A stretch of 64,000 bases of DNA from Monocercomonoides exilis PA203. Lineage: Eukaryota; Protista; Preaxostyla. Below, one piece after another: positions 38,995-51,000 of the stretch. The translations under genes and the position numbers were made by a program. The DNA lies in assembly GCA_001643675.2 (NCBI GenBank), contig LSRY02000014.1, forward strand, positions 1,550,001-1,614,000, written 5' to 3'. Below the pieces are notes generated by a model. That model ran no database searches. It was not told the DNA's origin and saw nothing but the letters and a program-made list of their open reading frames with translations. Positions within the stretch are counted from its first letter, which is position 1, and each line of letters starts with the position of its first letter.

Positions 38995-40590
38995 CGAAGG
39001 AGCCACTTCCCGGGAGACTGGTGAACAGGCTGAGCGAGTGGAAGAAGATTGGGGGAGACAAACTAGTGAGCCGTGGTATAGGAGCTCGATGGAAAAGTCC
39101 CCAATCCCCAATCTCACTCGAGTAGAGAAAACACAGGCAAGAGTTTCGGGGGAAGACGGAAATTACGAACATAATACTTATCCCCCTTGGAGGAGAAATT
39201 GAAGGACGGAGTGGTGAAGCCCATTCAGGAGTCGGAGGTGAAGTGGTTCAACCCGACATTCATGGTGATAAAGAAGAACGGAAAGTGGAGAAAGATCCTG
39301 GATTGCAGAGCTCTAAACGAGGCAGTGCAGGGAAAACACTTCAAGATGGATTCCCAGGAGACAGTCATGGAACTTCTGGAGAAGAACGACTGGATGACAA
39401 CTCTGGATATATCGAGTGCATACCAGCATGAAAACGTGCACGAGCAATTCAGTCCCTATTTGTGTTTCAGCTTTCAAAATCAATGTTACACTTACGTGGG
39501 GATGCCATTTGGAGCGAAAGACGCGCCCAGAGTATTCGCGAAGATAATGATACAGGCAGCGTCATATATCAGAGAAAAGTGGAGAGTGAAGCTAGTGATA
39601 TACCTGGACGACATTCTCCTCATGCACTCAGACAGGGATGCATTGAGATCGATCTCACAGGAGATAGCCCAGTTCCTGAGGAATCTGGGCTGGATTCTGT
39701 CGGAGGAAAAACTGAAGTTGGAACCCGCAAGGAGTGGGGAGTTTCTGGGATGGTTGTGGAACTCAGAGAAGATGGAAGAAACGCTCCAAGAGAGGAAGGG
39801 AGTGCTGCTCCTGGGGGATGTTCGAACCTGGATTGGATATGCAAAGAAAAGGAGGAGACAAAGAACCAGGGATTAAGCAGTACTCCTCGGGAGGTTGAAT
39901 TCTGTGAGGTTGCAACACCAACCAGCAAGCTTGTGGATGACGTGCATGCAATATGCGATGAGCCAGGCAATAGCCTTCGGGTTCTGGAATGGAACGGAAA
40001 TAACCAACCAAATGATGTTGGGAGAATTAACATATTGGAGGAAAACACTTCTCGAGAACAGACCGAGGTGTCTGAGGAGAAGAAACAGACCAGCAGAACT
40101 AACTATTGACGCTTCAGAGCTGGGATGGGGTGCAGTGTTAACAATACCAACAAAGAGCAGGGAAGAGAAGACATACGTCCACGGAAGTTGGACCCTCCAG
40201 GAGAGCACACTTGCAATCAACGAGAAGGAGTCCAGAGCAGTGTTAAGGACACTGGAGAGAAAGGGAGAGTGGCTGCAGCAACAGAAGATAGATCATATTT
40301 GTCTGAAGACATGCAACATGTCTACGAGGTGGACGATTCACAAGAAAAGGGGAGCACTATCGCTCATCCCAACACTGAGAGCATTAGAGAAGAAAATGAA
40401 CAGCCTGGACATCATAATACAAACGGAACACATCCCTGGAGAACAGAAGATGGAAGCAGACGCACTAAGCCGGATGGCGAGAAAGCCGGACGATGCACTG
40501 AAGGGGAAGAAGGTCACAGAGATATTGCAAATAGTCGCACCGAGAACACTAGATTCAATTTCAGAACCGATTGCGCAGGTGCCCTGCTGA
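38995..40590 (+). pseudogene. DIRS reverse transcriptase + RNase H (premature stops/frameshift)
   Basis: PLPGRLVNRLSEWKKIG (DIRS pol start); WFNPTFMVIKKNGKWRKILDCRALN, LDISSAYQH, GMPFGAKDAPRVF, YLDD, EFLGW; RNase H LTIDASELGWGAV, INEKE, HIPG...ADALSR. Stops at 39123-39125 and 39874-39876. Confidence 0.95.
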
Positions 40591-40967
40591 AGTACTTGGA
40601 GACTATCCTCCATGAGAAGGAAGAGAGAGAGAGAAAAACGCAAGGGAAAGAGGTTGTGCTTGTCCACTCGTTCCTGAGAAATATTGGACGGACACTGATA
40701 GAGAAGATGAACGAAGCTCGGAGAAACCTGAAGATTCTGATTCTGCCAGCCTGGCTGGGGCAGACATGGATCCTGCTTCTGCAGCCTGGGCATTCGATAA
40801 AGACCCTGGGGACCTTTCAGGATTGCATGATACCGGGAGCGAAGATGAGAAGGGAAGGCTGGAAACAACCCCCAGGAGAGGTGATATCCGTCACACTGGA
40901 GAAGAGAATATACAAGGAAGGGACCTCTTCCTCAAATGTGGAGAATACGTTGGAGAAAGAGATATAG
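40560..40967 (+). pseudogene. DIRS C-terminal methyltransferase-like (MT) domain, degenerate
   Basis: VLVHSFLRNIGRTLIEK...LKILILPAWLGQTWILLL matches the DIRS MT pattern (xPP..LI.RVL.K....ILIAP.W..Q.W) downstream of RNase H and overlapping the YR ORF. Confidence 0.6.
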
Positions 40968-41908
40968 CAGCAGCAATACTGAAAAATCAAAAGAGTGAAA
41001 GGGATACGTGGAGAGCGCTGCGAAGATTCAAACAATTCCTTGATAGGGAGAGCATGGATGACACTGACCCCCTTACAACCATCGATGCAAAATGGATTAT
41101 GGCAGAGTTCACCGAAACACTCTCGAATACGAACCTCTCAAGCGGAGTGATTCATCAGACAGTATGGAAAAAACTGGATTCCATTAACCTTTTTTGGCAG
41201 ATCAAGATTGATCGAAAGGACATAGAAATATTTCAAAAGACTTATGTGGAAGAGAAGCCAAGAAGGGGCAAGCGATATAAGTTGATGTGGGACTTGACAA
41301 TCATTACAAAATGGGCTGAAATCACCTACGACGTAAAAGATACACGAACACTCCAGAGGAGAGCCCTCATCCTCACCATGATTTTTGGTGCTTTAAGGCC
41401 AGCAGAGCTGGAAAGAATGAGAAGGGAGACAACGATATTAAAAGATTATATTGTTCAGACACAAGCACAAACCAAAACATCTGAAGGGGAGACTATAAAA
41501 GTCGTTAAAAATTATTATTATTCCCCACGTATCCATGAAGTTTTCTCACTCAAACCATGGATGGATAATTGAAGGGCAACTTTTAAAGATGAACATGTGT
41601 GGTTTGCCATAGAAATGAGCAGGCCTGCTAATTTACAGAGAATTGAGGAAGAACAAACGGCTATTTTAAGAGAAAACAAAATTCCCGAAACTTTCACCGC
41701 GTACTCTATAAGACACGCCGTGATTTCACACTTAGAAAGACAACAAGATGCAGATTTGAAAGCAATCAATGCGTACGCGAGATGGGCGCCAGGTTCTAGA
41801 GTAGCCCAAGAATATTATACCGTGTTGCTGGTACAAGACACAAATTGGATCCTGAAGACAATCGGTAAATCAGTACTCCAGAGGGGAGAAGATTATCAGA
41901 CAGATTAG
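40766..41908 (+). pseudogene. DIRS tyrosine recombinase (YR), interrupted at 41570-41572
   Basis: WDL, RALILTMIFGALRPAEL (catalytic R), QTKT (K), TAYSIRHAVISHL (HxxR box), ARW..GSRVAQEYY (W, catalytic Y). The true start is probably ~40900. Confidence 0.9.
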
Positions 41909-42417
41909 AGCGGAGACACGAAGGAGGGGACGATGGAGATAGCCGATGCAGATATGAAAGATCGCACAGAGGAATCACCCAAAGCGGGATCTGAGATAGG
42001 GAAGAAGCTTATGAGAAAGCGATCAAGAGGTAGAAAGAAACTGCCGAGTGGAGAAGAAAACAGAGGTGAAACGGCTAAGTCACGAAACTCAGCATCCCGA
42101 CAATCGAGTTGCCAGAAGACACCCTCCATAATCCCCAACAGCATCTGTGAGCTTTCGGGAGAGAAGGATCCAATTCCGCTGAAGAGGAGGGGAAAAGATC
42201 GGAGGAAGCACAGTGGAAGAAGTACAGGACAGATAGGGGATAACACTGAAGAGGCAAGGGCCAAATCTATGTCGCCTCAAAGATATCCCAAGAGGAAGCG
42301 GGTATAGAGCAGGAGGTCCGCACCACTACACGCACGCTCTCAACTCATCCGCCGCACTTGAGCGTGCTAGGCAGGAGGGTTTTAGATCACACATTCGGAA
42401 AGAAAAGGGATTTCGAG

Positions 42418-42514
42418 ACTCATTATTGAGGAGCAAACCTGCTCCTTTCGTTTGTAGATTCGCTCCATTGCGAATTGATAAAAACGCAGTGAGACAGGTT
42501 TGCTCCGAGATAAT
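42418..42514 (+). repeat. DIRS internal complementary region (ICR)
   Basis: 42418-42475 is the reverse complement of 37624-37681 (53/58 nt). 42478-42514 is the reverse complement of 43133-43169 (33/37 nt). Confidence 0.93.
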
Positions 42515-43523
42515 AGGAAGGCGGATGGAGAGACTCAAAGCTGATGGGCGCGAAAGAGAGAAACATATTTGGAGGAATATGACGAAAAAGGGCGAGATGT
42601 AGAAAGAGAGAAAGAAAGAATAAACGCCCGAAGTGATAAGTGTACGTCCAGAATATGGAAAGATACAAATGGAATGAAGAAACAGTTTTAATCAAAAAGA
42701 TTTCTCCTCAACACTATAACGATTGTTTTTAACACAGAAGAGTCAGAGCAATCCATACAGTGCGCGATGATTGAGGTTGCTCTGCAAAAGCAGCAGAAAA
42801 GCGGGAGGCAGAGTACTATATAAGCAGTTTTCTTTTCCATTCCTTGCTGAAGTGAGAGTGGTTTTTCTTTCTGCTCCGAACAGAACACTCGCCTCACCTG
42901 ATCCCTGCACAGCCTGCAGGTGAGAGCTCCGAGGGGCAACGTCCCCTGCCCTCTGGTCTTCGTGACCATGGCAAAAAACGAAGTCCTTGGTGAAGAGAAG
43001 CGGACTTTGCAATATTTCATTGTTCAATTATTAATGTTATTGTTTCGCATCTTTATCTTTCCCTTTTTTCCACGTCATTTTGGGGAGGGCAAAGTTTTCA
43101 CTCAAACCACCCACACTTTAAAATCAATACTCATTATCTTGGAGTAAACCTATCTCGCTGCGTTTTTATTATTAATAATGATTGAAAAAATTTGAAATCA
43201 TGAAGAATCACATATATGGGATCGCAAAACAATTAAACTCAAATTTTAAAAAATAATTTTTAAAAAAATAAAAAAAAACATTTTTAAAAAAAATAATCTT
43301 TCTTTATATTTTCACAAAGTGAAATTTCATAATAAAAGAACTAAAAAATTGTTGATTTGAAATTTTCAAATTCAAATAAAAATAATTATTTTTTATTTTA
43401 GATTTGTATATTATTATTCGACGAATAATTTTAAAAAGAAATAAAATAGAAATTAAAAATTACAACGGCAAAAATTAAAGAGATTCAACAGAACAAGAAC
43501 AAAATATTGGACAATTATCTTTA

Positions 43524-43974
43524 CAGTCAAAACCGGAAATAATCACATCGAATATAGTCACATTCGAATATAGTCACATTTTTCAAAGCACCGACATTTT
43601 TTGCTTGTTTTTCATTCATTTTTCATCGCATAAAATCACAGGGCTGAAAATATATAATCACATTTATTATTATTATGGGTGGATTTTAATTGAAAAATCG
43701 ACTTTTTGATCAAAAATCAATATTTTTTGATTTTTCAAAATTATGTCTAAATAAGTCTGAATAACATTATAAAACATTAAAAATTGTTATTTCGATTGAA
43801 AATTTTATTTTTGTTCTGTATTTCCAAAAATAAAAAAATCGACCAAAAATTTATTATTTAAAAAATTAATTTTTATTTTTTTTGCTGTATAAAACAGCAT
43901 CGGATATTATCACAATCGGATATAGTCACAAAAAGTTGTACAAAAACCCATGTGATTATATCCGGTTTAGACTG
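43524..43974. mobile_element. 451-bp MITE of Tc1/pogo type with 25-bp TIRs and TA TSD
   Basis: TA|CAGTCAAAACCGGAAATAATCACAT ... ATGTGATTATATCCGGTTTAGACTG|TA (23/25 match). Subterminal ATATAGTCACA repeats. No ORF. Confidence 0.9.
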
Positions 43975-45076
43975 TATATATCGAATTTTTAAATAAAAAC
44001 TATTCTCATTAAAATAAAAGGTTAAAATTTATTCAAATTCTTTTAAAGATTTTACTCATTATTTTTATGTTCATGTTCATTTTTATATGAATTTTTAAGT
44101 TTTCAATTTGAGAATGCAAGGATGGGTTATGATCTTTTTATTTCACGGATAAAACGATAGAGAGCAGGGTCACAACAAAGAAAAATGCCACAAATGAAAG
44201 GACTTTTATTATGCTATATTGTTTATGAGTTGCCAAAAGTTAAAAAATCTGAATGTTTTGTTGAAATGATTATCAATTGTTTTGGATGTCAGTCATTTTT
44301 TGAAATTAGAATGGAGCAGTCTATGCACCATATGCATCTATTCTGCATATTCTATCAGGAGGATGAAGGAAACAACATTTAAACTCTTTACGGTTTGGTA
44401 ATCTGAAGCAAGACTTTTTCAATAATCTTGCGATTTCTCGGATTCAAGTAACCTTCAGCAACCGAAATGGTATGGAACCTTCATAAGTTTGCATTTTCTC
44501 AAAATAATATTTCCTTCTGTTTTTTTGATGGGCATAGTGATGGACAGTTACGAATGAATCATTTGTGAATTTATGACCAAGTGCAACAAAATATGAAGTT
44601 GGAAAGGATATTTGGCTTGATAGAGAACATATCCATTGGAGCATGGACTTTGGAGGAATTTAAAAAGAGAACAAGAATCGAGAGTGTTTGTTCGAAGAGG
44701 ATTTCTTTCAAATGGAAAAAAAAAATAAAACTCTTCATGTTTTTGAAAGAAAGAAGAAAATTTCGCTGTTGGGGTTAAATCATTGATATTCTATGGAAAT
44801 GATAATATTTCTTCGAAAATGACAAAATTTTCATCTGAAATTCTTAGAATAATATTTTGTATTTTTTTTTTTTTGAATTTTTTGAGTGAAAAATCTATTT
44901 GTGAAGCTTGATAATTATTATTTTTGCGCATGAAATTATTTGAGGCTATTTTGAGAATTTGAAGAGTATTTTTTTTGAATGATGATGAAATGAAGAATAA
45001 TATGGGTTACTTTGATAATTTGAATTTTTCCTGCACGTTCTTATCTCCCACAAGGAGCGAATAACGCAGCAATAGA

Positions 45077-48000
45077 ATGACGAACTTTGTGTTTTTTATT
45101 ATTGCATGTGCCTTTGCTATCGGGGAGGCAAAAGAAGCATCAGCTAAGGAGATATGTGAATTGGATACAAATTTTATGTTCCGGCTTCCAGTTTGCAGGA
45201 ATGATTTTTGTGCACCAGAAAATAATCAGCATAGCAAGATTCTATCGACATTTGTTGCTGTGAACTGCTCAATGAGCACAGCGAGTGTGTTGCAGATTCA
45301 GCAGGAAGGAAAAGCTTGTTTTTTGGCTTGTGAAGGGTCAAGACTGGATATCAAAGGATGCATTACTTTTGTTTCATCGCAAATGAGCCCATTTGTGGTG
45401 GATGGAGGAAGCATGCATTCAGTGAATCTGACGATAGGAACTTTGAAGCCATTCGCACCAATTCCGCGTCTTTTTTGCTCGTCTTTCAAAAATTCTGAGA
45501 GAGATGGAGCAAATTCGATAACTCTTCGAGACTCGTCATTTTCATCATTTGAATTGGCATCTGCTCCATTTCTTGCACCGAATGCGAGCTGCTTTGTGAA
45601 AGCCTCTGGTTTGAAGATGACAAATATTTCTATTGCTTCAGGAGCACAAAGGGAAATGGATTTGAGAGCGAGAACAGAAACAACGATTGAAGGCTGCTCG
45701 TTTTTCAGAGTTTGGGATGTTATTTATGGAGGCATTTTGAGGTCAGTGAACAGCCCATGTGCCTTGCTGAGAGCAACAAACACCTCATTTGAGTGTTGCT
45801 TTCGAATGATGAATGTTGATGAATCAGGTGGACACAACATGACAAGATATGAACTGGGAGCAAATGAAACACATTCTTTCACAGATTGTGAATGGTGCAA
45901 TACGGGACATGCATATGTTGGAAGCGCGATTTATTTAAGAGGAAATTCGACTCTTGAATGTGTCAGATGTTCTTTCAAGAATATGAGTCAAGTTGGCGAT
46001 GGAGCTGTTGATGTTCAATCAGCAGCAGGTGTGAAAATATCTGGCTGCAATTTCACAAATTGTGTAGCGGATGATAACACAGGTGGGATGATTATTAATC
46101 AGCTTAATGGAGATTATTTTTTTTCTGAGTGCATCTTTTGCGATTGCAAAGCTTATAGTCGCTATGCAGGAGGATTACGAATTCAACAGTCTTCTGGAAG
46201 TGAGGATGAAAAAATAGAGAAATGCAAGTTTATTCGAAATGAAGCGAGATCGTATGGCGGAGGATTATATATGCAGCAAAATCCAAACAAATGCTCCATC
46301 TCAGAATGTGAATTTAAAGAAAATAAAGCAAATGGAACAGGAACATCTGATTATGAAGGAGGAGGAGGAGGAATATGTTTGTATTCAGCAAGCTGGATGG
46401 AAACTGAATCACCTCCAAAATTGATATCATTTTGCTTTTTCAGTGGAAACAAGGCAATAAATGAAGAAGGTCATGATGTTAGAATTAAAAGCTTTTTTCT
46501 GAAAGGTGCGCCATTTGAGTCATCGTTCTCAACAACATCAGCAAAAAGAGTGTTTTACAACGGAAGCCAAACAGATTACGATGCTTGGCTTCCAACAGTG
46601 CGCACAACGTATGCCAGAACAGATGGAATTACAGGGCCAGTCTGTGGAACAATACAGACCAGCCCATGCAACACGATTGAACAGGCATACAGCATGATTG
46701 AGAAAGGATCAGAGGGAACAGTGAATATCCTTCGATCGATATATTCTTCAACTGCCTTATTCATTGGAGGGGGAGATATTTCGTTCAAGGGCGAAAGCGA
46801 GAGCGAGTGTGTCATCAGCACAGAATTGTTGAATTCTCATGAGTGTTTGTTCACATTGGATTCGGGATCGATGGGATTGTCTTTGGTGATGATTCGACAC
46901 AACAGCGAAGAATCTTCATCTTCATTGTTTGCGATGCGAAAAGAAGCACAGAATCTGGCACTGAAGAATGTGTTCATCTCAGGGAAAGACGATGGGCAGA
47001 CACACTCATTTGATGTTTCGCCGTTCAAAGTGATATTTGAGAAAACGAAGATGGAAAACTGTTTGATTGAGGATATTGGTCTGGGAGATTGTTCGTTGTT
47101 TGAGGAAGAGGAGGAAAGTGGAGTTGGGAGAGAGATGCTGGGAAATGTGACGATCCAAAGGATCAGCCGAATGAGAGGAGATGGGGTGATATTCAGCACT
47201 GAAAGCGAGAGAAGCGATTCCTTGGAGCTGGAGAACACCACATTCAGAAACTGTGTGTGCAAGGAAGGGAATGGAGGGAGCATTGCTTGGAAAGTCGATG
47301 AAAGTGGGATACTCAAGATTGGCAGAACAAATGTTGTCACAGAGATTGGAGAATGTGGGGCAGAGAAGGGAAGAGGAGGAGGGGTGTATTTGGAGTTGTC
47401 TTCTCCTTCAGTTGTGTTTGAGATTGTGAATGTGGAGTTTGAAAATAATCAAGCAGAACATGGAGTGAATGTATTTATTGCTTCGAATCAGCTGGAATTG
47501 GTTCCGAAAGGGAGATATGGATTTGTTTCTCATTTGAAAGAAGATGCGCATGAAGTGGAGGGAGTGGGAGACACGAACAATGCAACACTGGTGATTCCGA
47601 TTGTGTGCTATCTCCTGGATGTTCCGAGGAGTGAGATCTATGTTTCAGCTTCAGGAGCTGATCATCCTCGGTGTGGGCACACATTTTTCGAGTGCCGAAC
47701 ACTGAACTGTCCGATTGAGAGGGAAGAGAACACACCAGCAGATGGAACAACAACAGCGACAATCAAAATTGGACATGAAATTGAGGTTGGTTCGACAGTG
47801 ATCTTTTCGAAAATGGCAAGGGTGATAGAAGGAACAGGGGACGATGGATCGCTTGTTATTGAAGGTGAGGCAAGTTGCAAAGAAGATGAGGAAGGATGCA
47901 TTGGAGTGTTTGTGGTGCTGAAGGAAACAAGGATGAGGAAGATTGAGCTGGTGATGCCATCTGTTCTTGAGCATCATGAGGCGATATTCCAGTTGAAAGG

Positions 48001-51000
48001 CGAAACACTGAACTTGAGTGAATGTGTTGTTGGATTTGGAGTTGGAGTGAATTTTGTGGAATACAGCTTGCTGGTTGTGGAAAAGGGAGAGGCGAACGTT
48101 ACTTCACTGAGATTGGATTCAATGAGCTTCAGGAAGCCTGGGATAAGAGCGAATGGGGGATTGTCATCTGTCTCGTTGAAGAATGTGGAGCTGAATGAAA
48201 TAACCTTAGAAGGAGAAATGGGATTTGTTGTTTGTGAGGGAGGAAGCACACTCACAGCAGAAAGTGTGATTGTCAGTGGGTGCGAAATGGGAGGAAGCAG
48301 TTTTATTTTGGCGGGGAGCAACTGTATTGCGAGGATGAGGGAGTGTTCGTGGAGTTCATGTAATTTTGTTGATTCTGGAGTGATAAAAGGGAGTGAAGCG
48401 AAGGAGATATCGATTTGTGGATGCAATGGGAGCAATGTGAGAGTGAGTGAAGGAGATGGAGGGATGGTGAATGGAGCTGTTGGAGAAGGAGGGATGGTGG
48501 ATGTGTGGAACACGAGCGTTGAGGGGTGTGTGGCAGATAAAGGGAATGGAGGAGGGATGAAAGTGGAATTGAAAGGGGATGCACAACTGAAGATCAGGAG
48601 CGAAGAAGAAGTGACGCTGTTGAAGAAATGTGGAGCAGGAGAGGAAGTGACAAAGAATGGAGGAGGGTGTGGAGGAGGGTTGTGGGTGGGGATTGAAGGA
48701 GAAAGATATGGGTTTGATTTGAGTGGAGTGAGATTTGAAGAGAACAGAGCAAGGAGCGGGAAGGATGTGTATGTTGTGTGTGATGATTTGAGGAGGGTTG
48801 TGAATGGAAGTGGTTTCTCGTTCAGCGGAGAGATTAGTGAGAGAGAGAATTCGCTGATTGGGAAGGATGGGCAGAAGTTTTCGAATGAGGTTGATCTGTT
48901 CATATTCATTGATGGATTCAGCTCGTCGATCATTGAGGTGGGGAGTGAGAATGGAGACAATGGGATGTGGTGTGGGATGAAGAACTGTCCGTGCAGGAGT
49001 GTGGATTATGGAATTGGGAGGCTTTGCGGAGAGGGAGAAAAGAAAATAGTGATAAGTGGGAGCACGAGTGTTGAGAAGGTGGGAGATATGAGTGGAGTTC
49101 GGATTGAAGGGAAAGACAACACGAGAATGAAGGTGGTTGTGGAGAAAGGAATTGAAGGAGAAGGGGAAAGTGTTCTCGATTCGAATGGGGTGAGTGTGTT
49201 TGTGAATGTGGGATTTGAATTGCCTGGATCATTTGAACAGAGGAAGGATGTAGTGATAAGCTCAGGAACAGGAAGTGGTGTTTTGGAGATGGAATTGTGT
49301 TCGTTTGTGATGCAGGAAGGGGAAGAAGAGGCGATAGAATATCGAATCATCAGAAGCAGTGGACAAGCTGTGAGGATGAAGTGGATATCAATGAATAACA
49401 TTATGACAAGAAAGTGCCCGATGGATCTTGCTCTTCTTAGGATGGAACAGAATGGAGGAGAGAATGAGGTTGTGAGCATCAGCAACTGCTCATTTGGGAG
49501 CCTGTCGGTTGTTGGTGGAGATGAATCAGCTGTGATATGTGGAGAGGTGAGGAAAGTGATGAAGATAGAACAGAGCAACATGAGTGACATCACTGGTGGA
49601 GAGAGCATGAGCGGTGGGGCATTAAGGGTGAATATCCTTGATTCAGGGATGATTCATGTGAAAGAAGGGATGACGGAGAGATGTTCAGCAGAGAAGGTGA
49701 GAGGTGGGAAAGGAGGATGGCTGTTTGTGAATTGCAGTGAAAGGAGGGGAGGAATGCCATTCAAGTTTGAGGGAGTGAAGTTTGCTGGGAATGAGGCATT
49801 TGTGGGGAAGAATATGTTTATTTTGGATTCAGATCTGAATGTGACGGTGAGGAGTGAGACATTTGTAATTGATATTGAAGGGATGGAAGACGATCCAAAT
49901 GTATTTGTTGGAAATGATGAGAAGCGGATAAACACAGATCTGTTGCGATTTGTGATTGAATACATGAGTGAGAGGATTGTGGTGTGGGAAAAGGGAGATG
50001 ATGTTGTTCGATGCGGGAGTGAAGAGGATCCGTGTGAGACATTGGAGATGGGGATGAGGCACATGGAGAGAGGAGGAGAGAGAAAAGTGGTGAGGGTGAA
50101 GGAAAAGATAAGAGTGGAAGGGGAACATGATTTGAGTGGGATTGAAGTGGAATCGGTGGGAGCAGGATATGATGAGACGGAATATGGAACAGTTGTGATG
50201 GGGAGTGATGGAGAAAGTGGAACAAAAGTGTGCCTTCGCAACAGTGGAGCAGTCACTCTGAGAGCACTGGAGATGTGTGTGATGAATGTTTTGGGAAGTG
50301 GGGAAGCAGGGATGATTGTGAGTGAGGGAGGGAAAATTGAATGGGAAGACTGTTCAATCTCATGGAAGGGAAAGAGAGAAGGGATGGGGAATGTTGCATT
50401 TTGTGTTGTGAAGAAAGGGGAGCTGGAGATGAAGAGGTGCAAAGTGCTTTCGTATTTTGGGAAGAGAAGTGCATTTGTGGTTGGTGGAGAAGTTGTGAGT
50501 GTGATTGATGAATTCACAGTTATTGAAGCTAAATTGGAGAGTGGGAGTTTGTTTGAAATTGAAGGAGAGGGAGCAAATGGAGGAGGTGAGATGAGGATGA
50601 AGAATTGCAGCATTGGATCAGTTGAAGGAGAAGGAGCTGATCCGAGTGTTATTTCGAGCAGGAGTGGGAATGGAGTGAAGCTTGTTGTTGAAGATTCGCT
50701 GATTGAACTGTGCAGTTGTGGGAGAAGCACAAAGGGAGGGGCGATGCTGTTTGAGTTGAATGAAGGAGGATTGTTCGATGTTGCGAACACGAGTGTGAAG
50801 CAGTGTGGATGCTCTGTGAGCGAAGGGAAAGGAGGCGGGGTGTATCTGAAGACTGAATTGAGGGGGGAGCTGGATTATGTGTTTGATGGGGTGATATTCC
50901 GAAGGAACACAGCATTCATCGGGAATGATGTGTTCATTGTGTGCGACTGCATCGAGAGGCAGATCAACGAAACACAGTTCAACATCGACTTCCGTGATGT

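Larger units (their letters stand above)
37624..43173 (+). mobile_element. DIRS1-like tyrosine-recombinase retrotransposon, structurally full-length but decayed
   Basis: Non-identical inverted terminal repeats (~37649-37708 and ~43102-43162), an internal complementary region at 42418-42514, ATT at both ends, ORF order gag-RT-RNaseH-MT-YR, and elevated GC relative to the flanks. Confidence 0.95.

Noticed and set aside
39187-41908. RT + tyrosine recombinase read as a retron/DGR or prophage integrase system
   Set aside because: Domain order, RNase H, ITRs and ICR are fully explained by the known DIRS1 class.
43540-43580. Short direct repeats (CGAATATAGTCACA) resembling a CRISPR or iteron array
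   Set aside because: Only 2-3 copies, no spacers, inside a MITE terminus in eukaryotic DNA.
44100-44800. Slightly GC-richer patch with 65-aa ORFs upstream of the receptor gene
   Set aside because: No recognisable motif, TIR or consistent frame; possibly a decayed fragment.
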